Source of the DNA: Diplonema japonicum
Lineage: Eukaryota > Protista > Euglenozoa: Diplonemea
Length of the DNA stretch: 64,000 bases
Direction of reading: 5' to 3'
NCBI GenBank assembly: GCA_964019335.1
Contig: OZ025651.1
Coordinates: 620,001 to 684,000 of the forward strand
In this document: piece after piece, positions 30,794 to 42,575 of the stretch
Position numbering within the stretch: position 1 is the first letter of the stretch
How the letters are laid out: each line of letters opens with the position of its first letter
Notes under the pieces: model-generated
What the model was told of the DNA's origin: nothing
The model's database searches: none
Seen by the model: the letters and a program-made list of their open reading frames with translations, nothing else
Position numbers and translations under genes: made by a program

Positions 30794-31860
30794 CAGTGTT
30801 GGTCCAGACCCTTGAGGGACTCAGGGGACTCCAAGGGACAGGACAGGAGTCCCCTGAAATTTTCAGGGGTCTGGAGGGGACTCTTGGGACCAAAAAATTT
30901 CTTTGTGTTTTTTGTGTCACAAAGGCCCAAATTTAGGCTGGGGCTTGCATTTTTTTGGCACTTTTGGTTTCAAAGGTTCAAAAAAAGAGGTCCTAGGTTT
31001 GGGTGGGATGTGAGGCAAGGCTCATACTACCTTGTTGTGACTATGAAAAAAAAAAAAATAAAATAAAAAAAATGTCAGGGGGTTTGGAGACCTGCTTTGA
31101 AAAAAATATTAAAAAGAGGCCTTTGCAAGAAAAGTACAATGCAAAAAAAAAAAAAAAAAAAAAAAAAGTAAAAAAAGAAATGGTGCAGTGTTTGCCCGAT
31201 TTTTTTTTTCTGGGGTAAAATAATCACTTTTCAGGTGAACACTTTTTTTGGACCCCTAACCATCCCACACTTTTTTTTTTGGATAATTTTAAAAAATGAA
31301 ATAAATTAAGACACATCAAATTTGACTTCACCAGAACATCCAATGTTGATAGGAAGCACACAGGCTTTGTCATCCACGTTGTGGTGCAAAGGATTCTTGC
31401 ATACTGGTGAAACTGGGTGTCCCCACGGGATGCACATCCTTGGGCTTGCAGCCTCACTTTGGGGCATCCATGATCTCCTTCGTTTCTTGTTAAGTTAGGG
31501 CAGCATTTAGTTTATATTTTTCATATTTTCCACACAGGACCCCACTGACAAACAAGAAAGGGCTGGGCCATATTGCATTGAAAGCCCTTTGTGTAAATTC
31601 TTTTTTTCAAATCGTCTATATGAGCTCATCCAGACGAAAATGTCAACACTTTTTTGGGCACCTCCGAAAATTTCTTGTTTTGATTATTTGAGCAAAATGG
31701 CACTGTAAGGGTAAGTTCTCCCCACCCCATTTTAATAGTGATTTAGAGTCCAGCCCAAAAGGAAAAAAAAAGAGACATTTAAGGGTACCTGCAGTGTGTG
31801 GCAGGATGCCTGACGAAGAAAAAAAAAGTTGGGGTCAGACTGGTAGACCTGTCAGACTTG
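30794..31860 (+). mobile_element. Degenerate non-autonomous DNA transposon (left end CAGTGTTGGTC, GGGAC repeats; right end region 31770-31860)
   Basis: hAT-like CAGTG terminus with subterminal GGGAC motifs; right portion homologous to 29871-29964 and 30320-30345; strongly CpG-poor. Confidence 0.45.
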
Positions 31861-31958
31861 TATTTTCGGTTTTACCGGCCACTCTTCTTGGTTTTTTTAT
31901 TGGTCATGAGTCCTTTACTTAACCTATACTTCCTTTACTCATAAACAACACAACAGAG

Positions 31959-34900
31959 ATGCCTCCAAAAGGGAAAGAAAAACCCGCTAAAAATGTAGAA
32001 GCGAAAGAAGGAGAAGAAGTACGCAGCGTGGAAGTTCGGGTGTCGGGGCTTATGGTCGACAAGCTTAGTGACCCAGTGCTGAGCGTGCTGCTGCCTCAAG
32101 AGGATGAGGCAAGACGAAGCCCCGTTTTGACGGAGTGCGAATGTTTTGAAGGGGAGTGGAGGAGCAAGTCGGGCACACACGTTACCTTGAAAAAGGAGGG
32201 AGAAGGCATGGGGGCAACATGTACCAAGCTGGGTCTTGTTTGGCGCACACAACAAGTACTGAAAGTAGGTGAGACAACACCTGGTGAAGTACAAACCATA
32301 ATAAGTGCAAGTCGTTCAATGTGGCTACCCTGCGAAGTAAAAGCCGAAAACACATGTGAGCTGCTTGTCAATGGGGAACCCTACCTGCGCACGGGGCTGC
32401 ACGCTTTCGCCTTTGCCACCACGCTGTTCACATTAGACAGCTTCATTGTGACAACAGAAGCAATAAAAACACTGTTCGCTGTTGATCTCACGCTGCAGGT
32501 AATCCTCAACGACCCAAGCACACGTTCCACTGAGGCGACGGCACAGTCCGACAAGAAGGCAAAAGCTAAAACCAAGGCCGTTGTACCTGAAACTGAGAAA
32601 GCACTAAACGTATATGATTCAGCACCTTTCAATCTAGTCCCATTGGTGATGGGGCACACTCAAACAGAGGTGAAATGGGAACTTTCTCCAGGGAGCAGAC
32701 AGCCCTTGCAGGGTTTCGCTTCGCTCAAGTTGACAATCACATCGTCCGACGAGGCGAAGCACAAGGCCAAGCTTCTGTCACCCCTACAAGAAAACCACCT
32801 CATGCCAATGTGTGTTTCCGTCACCAACATCACGAACATCCCTGACTCTCGGCCTGTAGCCATCAGCAGGACAGAAGATCCCATTGAGAGGCCTTTCGTG
32901 GACACAATAGCCAGTCAAACTCCCTGCTATGAGGACCTTCGCCGCCGTTGTAAGGGTGTCTATGTAAGTTGTGCCATGTGGCCAAATTCCACACTCTCTT
33001 CTTACCTGGTATCTCATGAGCAATCCCCTGGCGTCCACTACAACTGCTTATACCTTCTAGGCGAGATAGCTGAGATCACTCAAGGCGCTATTCCCGACAT
33101 GTTGGGTCTTGTGAAGTACTTATTCAATAACGTTTTGAAGTTGCAGCTGCATGATCGCGATACGGATGCGGTGCCAGGCTTTGGTGTTGCTCCTATTTCT
33201 CTACGACCACTGCTGTACGATGATGCCCAGCAGCCTACACTGTGCCTGCGTGAGCAGGTCACCCCCTACAGGGCTGCCATTGATGCTGAGGGTGACGACA
33301 ACACTGTCGTGAAGCGTACTGTACCCCAGGGGCAGTACCTGTCTTGGAATACAACGGTGGCTGTCAGGATTGCTCTTGCTACACCAATGCCCAAAGTCAC
33401 CTTCAGTCTTTTTCTGCTGAACTTAACGGCTGCACGTGTGGCCAGTGCTGCCTCAGTGGCCATGCTTGCTGTCTCACTCTTCGCAGATCCTACTCAGGAA
33501 CCTACGGGGTTCTCTCCAAGGCGAGTGATACACGCACCCCCTGTCCGACCTTTGTTCACAAGACTGATAATTAGGCTGTCTTATGCAAAAGATTCTACAA
33601 GACCGGTGCTCCATGCACTTATGGCAGCTTTACAAGGCATGCAAAAAGTTACGAAAGACGACGACGTTGTTATGTACACGCCCAGTGCAGCACCACCACC
33701 TGAAGTAGAAGAAGTAGCAGACCCCAAGAAAAAAGGAAAGCCCTCCGCGGCAAATGTTGGGCCATCTCCGCCTGTAGAAGCACCTCCGGAAGATCCGACA
33801 GTATTGCAGGTGATGTGTTCTGAAGCAGTGAGTGGGTTTGAAGTCATCGACGGCGAGGTGAGGATCCTTGTGTTCGAAGGGATGACCTGGTCTCTTGGTA
33901 CGCTGCTCGACGCCTTGCATGACAACGTTAAGAGCTCCGACCTGCGAAGTGGCGCCGTCTCTGTGGTATTCAACCCCTGCGTGGGCTTCCCGAATAGGGC
34001 GTATCACATCTGGCCTAAGCTCGTTGCCGATATCCCTGAACCAAAGAAGGTCATGCCCGACAACATGGATGCAGGCGGCGTGGGGGGTAGGATAAGGAGG
34101 ATACGATTGGAGCGGACGTTGGCAGACATCAGCGGGACACAAAGGAACTACGTGAAGAGAAGGGTCTCCGAAGGGGTGTTCCGGTCTGTCAAAAACCTGA
34201 ATGCGTTGCGCAGTGTCGAGACAATGCAGACAGCCACAGACTTGAATCTGTTCCCCTCGGCAGATGACATCATTGCTTTGGAGCGCATGTACGGTACAAC
34301 GCTCTCTTCCTACGACGTGTGCGGCTCTGTGGTGTTCTCCCCGTTTACACAACCCTTGCCTTCTCCCGAGGTGGTGACATGTGAGACAGTGCAGCAAGAG
34401 GCATCGGAGGGCGAAGGGGCACCCACGTCGCTTGCCGATCTCGACTCACTGATGGACCGTGACGTTGTTGTGATCGGTAGGCCTGCAGGACCTGCACATG
34501 GAAGGCGTGCAAAGATTGAAGCAGCGGTGTCTGTAACGGGGGCCTCTACGTGCTGGTTGTATGTTCCGCAGTTCGACGATGTAATCTTGTTGCTGCTCCA
34601 GAAAATGCCGAAACCTGTCAAAACAGTAAAACTTGAAGTAGAAGGCAGACTAGTTAAAGTGGAAAACACAACTGCTGTTCAGGTATATAGATGGCGTGAA
34701 GTGAACCAAGGACAGCTACACGGCACTCTAACAAACACAGCATTCCTGCTGAAGAAAAACGAAGACTCAAGGAAACTCGGCTACACACACTACCGTACTG
34801 TGCAGCAGCAGATAACAAAGAATAAAAGGGTTGAACTGGAGAAGCGCAGACGCAACATGGAAAAGGAACTGGAAGGAGAGAGCAGCGAGGGAGAAGCAGA

Positions 34901-35789
34901 TGCCTGCTTCGACGTATTCCTTCCGCCCGTGGTGCCTGCCGTGTCGGTCAATTATAAGTACACAAATGCAAATAAGTTCAAAGGAAGCAGAAGACCAATG
35001 CAAGATGGCACTACACCTGAGTTGCCTGCATCGCCGAAAGTACCTGTCTTCGAGGGAGCTAGCGCAGCTTTTCAACAGCTACGAGGCGGGTGGAGGCAGC
35101 TCTGCAAAGATGAGGTGAGAAAGGGACTTGAAGTGCGCACCGTAGACAAGCAGCAGGGCAAAGTTCTCTCTTTCACAGACACGACACTCACTCTAAGAAC
35201 GAAGAAGGGTGAGGCGATAACGAAAGGATACTCAAAGGTAGAGGTGAATGCGAAGTGTGCGCTCATGGACAACACCCACCCTCTGAAACCTACACAGAAC
35301 CGTATCGAAGACTTGTCCTGCCGTTGGGCGCCTGCTGGGAACCCTTTCGAAAGAAAAGTAACTTCCGGTAAAGACTTTCAGGTTCCCAAGAGCAATAGAC
35401 CGTTCTCTTCGTTCAGTCCAGATGACACTCTTGCAGTCGATGTGGCGCAAGACGCTGCAAGGCGGCGCCAAGAGGAAAAAAAGGCTTGGGAAGACAAAGT
35501 AGTGGTTGAGAGCATGATTTTTAAAGTGAACACGAGCAAACGCAACCACCCCATTGACAAGCAGAAAGGAATGCTCGTGGACAAACCTGTCACCAGATCT
35601 CACAGGAAACTGTCTCCAGAGGCACCCCCACTGTCTATACACAAGCCTGCCGACACCAGGTCCGCAAAGAGAGAGGTCAGCACTGTGTACTATCCTGGGA
35701 AAAGCCACAAGTGGCAGCAGCTCGAGAATAAAAATAAGCCTAGGATCAAGCCCCTTCTCGAAAGCGAAAAAACAGGACCGCAATGGTAG
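31959..35789 (+). CDS. CFAP92/KIAA1257-like cilia/flagella-associated protein
   Basis: 1276-aa ORF with MPPK start; LQLHDRD..GFGVAPISLRPLL, PQGQYL, GFEVIDGEVRILVFEG and LFPSADDIIALERMYG resemble CFAP92 blocks (recalled, not searched). Confidence 0.65.
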   Translation: MPPKGKEKPAKNVEAKEGEEVRSVEVRVSGLMVDKLSDPVLSVLLPQEDEARRSPVLTECECFEGEWRSKSGTHVTLKKEGEGMGATCTKLGLVWRTQQVLKVGETTPGEVQTIISASRSMWLPCEVKAENTCELLVNGEPYLRTGLHAFAFATTLFTLDSFIVTTEAIKTLFAVDLTLQVILNDPSTRSTEATAQSDKKAKAKTKAVVPETEKALNVYDSAPFNLVPLVMGHTQTEVKWELSPGSRQPLQGFASLKLTITSSDEAKHKAKLLSPLQENHLMPMCVSVTNITNIPDSRPVAISRTEDPIERPFVDTIASQTPCYEDLRRRCKGVYVSCAMWPNSTLSSYLVSHEQSPGVHYNCLYLLGEIAEITQGAIPDMLGLVKYLFNNVLKLQLHDRDTDAVPGFGVAPISLRPLLYDDAQQPTLCLREQVTPYRAAIDAEGDDNTVVKRTVPQGQYLSWNTTVAVRIALATPMPKVTFSLFLLNLTAARVASAASVAMLAVSLFADPTQEPTGFSPRRVIHAPPVRPLFTRLIIRLSYAKDSTRPVLHALMAALQGMQKVTKDDDVVMYTPSAAPPPEVEEVADPKKKGKPSAANVGPSPPVEAPPEDPTVLQVMCSEAVSGFEVIDGEVRILVFEGMTWSLGTLLDALHDNVKSSDLRSGAVSVVFNPCVGFPNRAYHIWPKLVADIPEPKKVMPDNMDAGGVGGRIRRIRLERTLADISGTQRNYVKRRVSEGVFRSVKNLNALRSVETMQTATDLNLFPSADDIIALERMYGTTLSSYDVCGSVVFSPFTQPLPSPEVVTCETVQQEASEGEGAPTSLADLDSLMDRDVVVIGRPAGPAHGRRAKIEAAVSVTGASTCWLYVPQFDDVILLLLQKMPKPVKTVKLEVEGRLVKVENTTAVQVYRWREVNQGQLHGTLTNTAFLLKKNEDSRKLGYTHYRTVQQQITKNKRVELEKRRRNMEKELEGESSEGEADACFDVFLPPVVPAVSVNYKYTNANKFKGSRRPMQDGTTPELPASPKVPVFEGASAAFQQLRGGWRQLCKDEVRKGLEVRTVDKQQGKVLSFTDTTLTLRTKKGEAITKGYSKVEVNAKCALMDNTHPLKPTQNRIEDLSCRWAPAGNPFERKVTSGKDFQVPKSNRPFSSFSPDDTLAVDVAQDAARRRQEEKKAWEDKVVVESMIFKVNTSKRNHPIDKQKGMLVDKPVTRSHRKLSPEAPPLSIHKPADTRSAKREVSTVYYPGKSHKWQQLENKNKPRIKPLLESEKTGPQW

Positions 35790-35909
35790 TGGCTTATATT
35801 TATTTCATGTTTCTTCCCTCCCCTCCCCCTCCCCCTCCTTCGATATTATTGTCACTCTTATTTATAATCACCACAGTTTGCGCACCCACCCACCCCGTTA
35901 ACGTAAAAA

Positions 35910-37643
35910 ATGGTCCGTGTCCTGGACATGGTGGAGCCCATCCTGGGCCTCCTTCCCGAAGTCGAGAAGCCTAAGACCAAGCAGACCGCGCAGGACCGTA
36001 TCCTGTGGACATGTATGTTATGTAAAAATGGTTGCAAAGCACGCCTGCAGGTCTTGCGTTGTTCATCTTCCTTGTCTGCTGCCAGATCCCTGTCTTCGGG
36101 ATCCGCCCCAAGGCTGGCAGGTATGCCTGTCACTAGCACATCACCACATGTACAGCGACCCTTTCTACTGGATGAGGGTCATCCTTGCCTCGAACAAGGG
36201 TACCCTTATGGAGCTGGGTATCTCGCCTGTCGTCACCGCGTCGCTCATCATGCAGCTGCTTCAGGTATGCAGGTGCAGCACAAGATAAGTATTTTGCAGG
36301 GCGCCAAGATTCTGTCCATGGACGAGAGCAACCCGCGTGACAGGAAGCTTTTCAGCGGTGCGCAGAAGGCTTTTGGTCTTATCATCACCTTTGTTGAGGT
36401 ATGTAACGTGACTACAATGTGCCACACGCACAGGCCTGTGCCTACGTGATGTCCGGCATGTACGGTGATGTTGGTGACATTGGTGTTTTCTTCTCGGTGC
36501 TTATCGTGTTCCAGCTTATGACTGCTGGTGTGATCTGCATCCTTCTTGACGAACTGCTCCAGAAGGGCTACGGCTTCGGGTCGGGTATCTCCCTCTTCAT
36601 TGCCACCAGCATCTGCGAAACCATCATCTGGAAGTCTTTCTCGCCCTTCACCATCAGCACCGGCCGTGGTGCCGAGTTCGAGGGTGCTATCATTGCTTTC
36701 TTCCAGCAGTTGTTGTTCAGCTCCAACAAGGTATGCATGCACACATCAACACACTGCACTTACAGGTCCGTGGTTTGAAGGATGCCTTCTACCGTCCCCA
36801 CCTCCCGAACGTCATCAACCTGCTGTCCACCTTCCTTGTGTTCCTTGTTGTGATCTTCTTCCAGGGCTTCGCGGTCAAGATCCCCCTTCAGCACGCCGCA
36901 TCCAAGCAGCCCGCCCCTCAGCCGATCAAACTGTTCTACACCAGCAACATGCCTATCATCCTTCAGACCGCCCTTGTGTCCAACTTGTACTTCATCAGCC
37001 AGGTTCTCTACACCAGGTTCCCGACCAACATCTTCGTGAACCTGCTCGGTCAGTGGGAGGAGCCTTCGTACTCCAGCACCGGTTTCGGCGCGTATGAGAA
37101 AAAAGAAAAAAAGGAAAAAAAAAGAAAAAAAACAGCCACGTGCCCGTGAGCGGTCTTGCCTACTACGTGTCGCCCCCCCAGTCCTTCGCTGACGTCGTCG
37201 ACGACCCGATCCACGTTATCTTCTACGTTGTCTTCATCCTCACTACCTGTGCGCTCTTCTCCAAGACTTGGATTGGTATCTCCAAGCAGTCCCCCAGGGA
37301 TGTTGCCCAGCAGTGGAACCAGCAAAACCTCATCCTGGTCGGTTACCAGCAGTCCCCCGACCAGCTTCAGGCGCACTTGGAGAAGTACATCCCCACTGCC
37401 GCTGCTCTTGGTGGCATGTGCATTGGTGCACTCACCGTGCTTGCCGACTTCCTTGGCGCCATCGGGTATGGGCACATATTAGGGTTCAAAGCAATTATCT
37501 TGTTCACAGATCTGGTACCGGGATCCTCCTTGCCGTGACTTTCATTTACCAGTACAAGGAGCAGCTTGAGCAGGTATACTGAATTGCTTGTTGTTACACA
37601 CTCACAGGAGAAGGGACTGCCCGCCTTCATGGGTGGGAGGTAA
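35910..37643 (+). CDS. SEC61A: Protein transport protein Sec61 subunit alpha (introns 36013-36050, 36121-36155, 36265-36299, 36399-36433, 36731-36765, 37092-37135, 37466-37509, 37574-37607)
   Basis: Spliced product contains [74 protein letters not shown] and [10 protein letters not shown]. Confidence 0.97.
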
Positions 37644-38687
37644 GCTGAAACAGCTTGCAATGAACAAGGAAAACGATGGCGAAAAAAAAAAAAAATCTTT
37701 ATTAACCCAACCCCTTTACATATGGAGCGAGGAGTGTCCTTTATATCGGCAGAAGATGTGGGTGGCCGTTGTGCCTTATTTTTTTTGAAGCAGAAACAAA
37801 GTGAAGGATGCTGCTGTGTCAGCCTGCTTTCGCCCTAAGTGTGCTGGTAGTGGTGGTGCTAGTGGTTGTGGGTCGCCGAAAGAACGTAAGCAAACGTGCC
37901 TTTCCTCTCATTTTTTTTTTTTTTTTTACCTTACAAGAAAAACACCCCCGTTAAAAAAAAGTAACGATGAAAAAAAAAAGTTTACCTCCGCTTGAAAAGT
38001 GACACGTTTACCCCCCTTTTTTGTTACCTTCTTCTCATCCTCCTGTGTCCCCCCACCGTAACCACCATTTTTCTTTTTTTCCCTCGTGTTCCCTGTAGTG
38101 ATGTCACCTCCGTCCCTTCAACTCACTCATTAGTGGGCATCACTATCTCCCCTCCCCTGCCCCCCTCTACCGTTCCTTGATATGCTTCTGCTTTCCTTTT
38201 TTTTTTCCTTCTCTTTTGTCTTTTTTTTTCCTTTTATTTATTTCTCTTTTTTGAACTTCGCACCCATGGGTCTACCCACACCTTCTTCAGTGGGTGCTCT
38301 GGCACCACCGAAATGACACTGCTGCAGCAACAGTTGAGAGACAGTTCCAAGTCGCCTCCAGCCTAAGCTGACATAGGTGACAGGGTGCCGACCGGTAGCA
38401 ACCACTCTTCATGCTGTTTCGCAATTCTCTGCCTCGTAGGCAGCCCTCCCAGTGGACACTAGCGTTGCTCGCCTTGTTCATCTACATGAGCTTAAGAATG
38501 GCCCACCTGTCGTTTACACCAGCCTCCCTCGCTGTGTTTCTCCCTGCAAATCCAGCCTTAAAGGCCTGGATAACAGGGGCATTTAAGAAAAGCCAGTGCA
38601 GTGCCGATTGATTTTAGTACACACGTTTCTTTTTTATTCCTAATCTTGTTTGTAATCTAGAATCTAGACCACTTGCAGTTTAGGGAT

Positions 38688-39597
38688 ATGGGCACGGATT
38701 TCACGCCTTTTCCTAATGGAGGACCTCCACGCATCAACAGAATAGAAAGAGACGTGAGCGGCGATGAGGCCTACAACTTTGGGGGATCGGGGAGAGAAGT
38801 AAGGTCGTTCTCGAACTTTGTAGCTGAGAAGCCTCTGGAGGGCATGGTGGGTTACAGCAGGAGGAGAGGGGATAGGGTGAAGACGAGGACAAAGACTGGA
38901 CCGTACGTACCGTACGCGGAGCCGAGACCCGTAACTGCGAAAAGAGCAGCTTCGACCAAGAGCTTGAGGAGCAGAAGTGCTAGAAGTACGAAAAGTGCGA
39001 GGTCTGCTTCAAGGGCGTCGCGAAGCAGCGTGTCCCCCACCAGCGAGCCCCTGGCAACGCGCACACCCTCAGTGTCCCCCTTGGGGTGGAGCCATAACAC
39101 TGTACGCAATGGTATCTTCGGCTACACGTCATCGCTGGCACCGAACACCGCACGCAGGCCACGTTCTCCATCTCCTAAGTGGAAGTATGCACACTGCCAC
39201 ATATTACCACATGTAATACAGTTACTCCAATCGCACACCTGGCATTTTTGAGTACGTGTGCTCCCTGGAGCCGAACAAAAATAGCTACCCCAGCCAGTCC
39301 TTTAGGACGCGCTCTGCAAGTAGAGACGTTCCGAAGGGCCGCTCATGGAAGTATGTGCTTGACACGCATCGCATTAACAACACAGACCTGACAACAGGCC
39401 GAAGGGGCTCTTCCACTACGAAAGTTGTCTCAGGTAGAACGCCTTCAGACCTGTACATATACAGCTGTCGTGGTACTTCACTGCTTACTGTAGTACCACG
39501 CCATACCCTAATACAAACCCTTCCTTTGGTAAGATGGCACGTTAGATTATATCCCTGTTCACCCCCCTCATCTCGCCTCTTTCCTGCCCTCATGTAG
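38688..39597 (+). CDS. Ser/Arg-rich hypothetical protein with repeated W-x5-6-G[IL]F-x-Y motifs (introns 39185-39221, 39351-39385, probably more; end uncertain)
   Basis: Splicing joins WSHNTVRNGIFGY, WNYSNRTPGIFEY and WKPDNRPKGLFHY. Confidence 0.55.
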
Positions 39598-39872
39598 AAA
39601 GAATCAACGCTCTTAACTTCTGTACAGTTGGGTTTGATAGTGGCGTTGTTGGTTGTAGTTCTTGTTTCTTTACATTTCCACAGCAGGTGACTATATGTTG
39701 AAGACCCGAGCGAAAATTGTGATGTTTTAGATAGATACTTACCACTTTGTCAGTTGGCGTGATCGGAGGAATAGTTACCTGTTCTTACGACAGGACAGGA
39801 GTGCCATCTGGGACACTATTATCTGTTACTGAACAAAGGTTGTAAATATTTACATCAACAGGCTTCGGAGTA

Positions 39873-40794
39873 ATGTCCCCGAAGGAGGTGGGGTGCGTGG
39901 CGGAGTGCCTTGTCTGTCGCAGCCATGTCGTTGTGAAGGTGGCAATGTTGGACGCGACGTGTTTCGAGGAGAGGATTGGGTACGCGAAGCCTGCTGAGAG
40001 GCAGCAAGAGTGGATGGACGAGCTGCAGGAAAGGGTAGCGGAACGCAAATACTGCAGCATGCCTTGCCCGTACTGCGTGCAGGTGGTCACAGGACATGAA
40101 TGGGATGCGTTCACAAGGGGCGGCGACGAATGCTTGTTGTGCCCCATGAAGTACGTTATCTACGAAGAAGGCGAAGACCCACCTATCTACGTCAATAGGG
40201 CAGCGCACGAGGGGGGCAAGCCCAAGTGGACACTTATGCAGGGCGTGGGACCGCAGTCACTCGAGCTTGACAAATCAAGGTCGGGGAAGGTGTACAAGAA
40301 GAGCTACCGCGGGAGTGGTCTACGCGGGGGCTTCTTGCAGTCCGTTGAGATCAGCGTCCATGACGGGAAGGCTGACCTCCCGCCCCAAACCACTTGCCAG
40401 AACCTCCTGGACTCCCTTGTCGATGTGTATTGGAAAGCTGGCGACAATGCCCTCAGTTACTTAGAATCACTGGAACACAATTTTGGCCCCTTGCTTCTTG
40501 ACGCCACCAGCGTGCTGTCAGAGCTCTCGACCATCAAGATGGACCCGTATGAGGGGCTCGCTACTTACCTTGAAGCGTACCCGCCACCTAAGGAGCACAT
40601 TGAAATTGAAGAGGAGGCGCCCGCCTCTGTGAAAACGAAGAAGACAAAACATAACAAACCACCTCCCTCTTGCAGGGAGAACCGCCCAAGAGGGGAAAAG
40701 AGAGAGGTATGCCCATGTTTTGTGTTAATTATCACCTCAGGCCAGCCGGCGACTGATGCAGGAGATGAAGGGTGAACTTCGAGATCTGCAGTAG
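39873..40794 (+). CDS. Hypothetical protein with CxxC pairs (intron 40707-40740)
   Basis: 300-aa ORF; the 34-nt gtatgc..ctcag intron gives the C-terminus ASRRLMQEMKGELRDLQ*. Confidence 0.65.
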
Positions 40795-40940
40795 GTCCCT
40801 ATTCATTTTTATTTTTTTTCTTTTTTTTCTCTTCAAGAAAAGAACCGCACTTTACTTTCTCTTGCTTACCATAAGTGCTCCTCCTTTGTGCCGCATGTGG
40901 CCATCAAAAAGAATTATGCCTCTTTCTTTTTTTTGTTTAT

Positions 40941-42528
40941 GGCATCGTTTCAAAAACCCCCCCCCAAAAAAAAATGAGGCCAATTGACACTTTCAATATT
41001 TCTCTAAGTACTTTTTCCCAAAAAAAAAAAATTCTACAACTTTCCCGGCCCAGATTAGGAAAGAAAACACCCCAGAAAATGGGAAAGTGAGTGTTACTGG
41101 TACCCAGAAAATTCAGTCCTAGGGGCAAAAATGGGTTTTTTCACTTTGCACAAATTCAGTAAAAGAGGGGGTGACAAAAATGGATGCTTTTAAACTTGCT
41201 GTTGAGAAGCTAGGGGTAAAAAAAAATGGTATTCGGACCGAGAAAGGGTAAATGGGAACACCACGGTGATCAGGACACTCGCCACAGAGGTTTTTGAGAA
41301 GCTCAGTGGCAACGACTGTGCTGCACTAGTTTGTGGCGTAGTGTGTAAAGGGGAACTTCTAGCGGCACTTCTGCTATCATTTTCTGGTTGATTTAGTAGC
41401 CAACAAGACACCACACGGCGCCAATTGGCCAGAGGCATGAGGCTTGACCACATCACACATGATGAAATAAGGGCAGCTGGCCTTACTGTTGGAAAAGTCT
41501 TGTTCCACAGTAGCATGGGCACAGAAAAAAATAAAGAAAAAAATGGAGTGGATACTCTGGACTGACGGTGGGCGTCACTTTCGTGCAAAGGAATTTTGCT
41601 ACTTTGTTCTTTTTGGTCTTCGTTATGTATATCCCGATCGGACGTTTTCCCTGTGGTTTCTGGGGGAGAAACACGGCAAAAACAATAGGGACAGCCACTT
41701 TGGTGTGCTCTCTCGTGTTTTTTGGTTTTGGGTGCCTCGTTCCACAACAATTAAAACTGTGGAACAAATAGGTAACATCACCAATACGATACGGTGCGCC
41801 ATGCATGTAGTTACTGATGTCTTTGGCCCGTACAAAAAGAAAATTCTTGAGTTTCCGGATTTACAGGTGCATATGAGCTCAGGAGCACACCGGAGGGTGT
41901 ATTTGCTACGTGTGCGTCCACGAGCTAGAAGGAACTAAAGTACATCATCAAAGAACTCGCTGCAGACAGGGCAGAGAAAAGGCCCCCAGTCTATGAATCT
42001 TGTGATGAGTATGAGGACGTTCTTGATAGCCTTCCCGGACTTGAAAAACGAGAAAGAATAGTAACCAAATTACAAAAATACTCGACACCCCATGACAAGC
42101 CCAAAGCACCAAGTACACCTACGAATGAGCCTCTTAAAACCCCCCAAAATGCGGTAGAAGGCCTAATAGTATGAAAAAGAAATGAGGTCGCCCACTCAGC
42201 AGCAGCACATCTCAGCCGCAGAAGACTAGGAAATGAAGGTTTCCACTTCCAACATCATTTCAGCCACCTTCTAGTAGTGAGTTCCGCTATTTCTTGCTAT
42301 TGAAAGCATACTCTCTGACTTTACCAAAACCACTAAAACCCGATTTTGACCCTAAAACTGAATTTTTCATAGGTCAAAATAACACTCTTGAGCGATTTCT
42401 GACCCGGGTTCTTTCCTAATATGGGCCGGGAAATATGGAGAATCTTTTTTAAAGGGGGCGGCATGCCCAAAGATGCAACGAAAGTGTCAATTGGCCTCAT
42501 TTTGGGGGGGGTTTTTTGAAATCGACCC
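40941..42528. mobile_element. DNA transposon with ~200-bp imperfect TIRs and a decayed Sola-like transposase
   Basis: TTTCAAAAACCCCCCCCAAAA..TGAGGCCAATTGACACTTTC..CCCGGCCCA.ATTAGGAAAG is inverted at 42335-42528; GG...CC termini flanked by AT. Confidence 0.8.
41250..42170 (+). pseudogene. Transposase remnant, Sola2-like
   Basis: WILWTDGGRHFR...FLGEKHGKNNRDSHFG matches the WxDG..HF / HGKxxxDxxxG pattern; stops and frameshifts flank it. Confidence 0.6.
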
Positions 42529-42575
42529 ATATTCTTATTTCTTTTGTTGCGAACCCTACCACAGACACACAGGTG

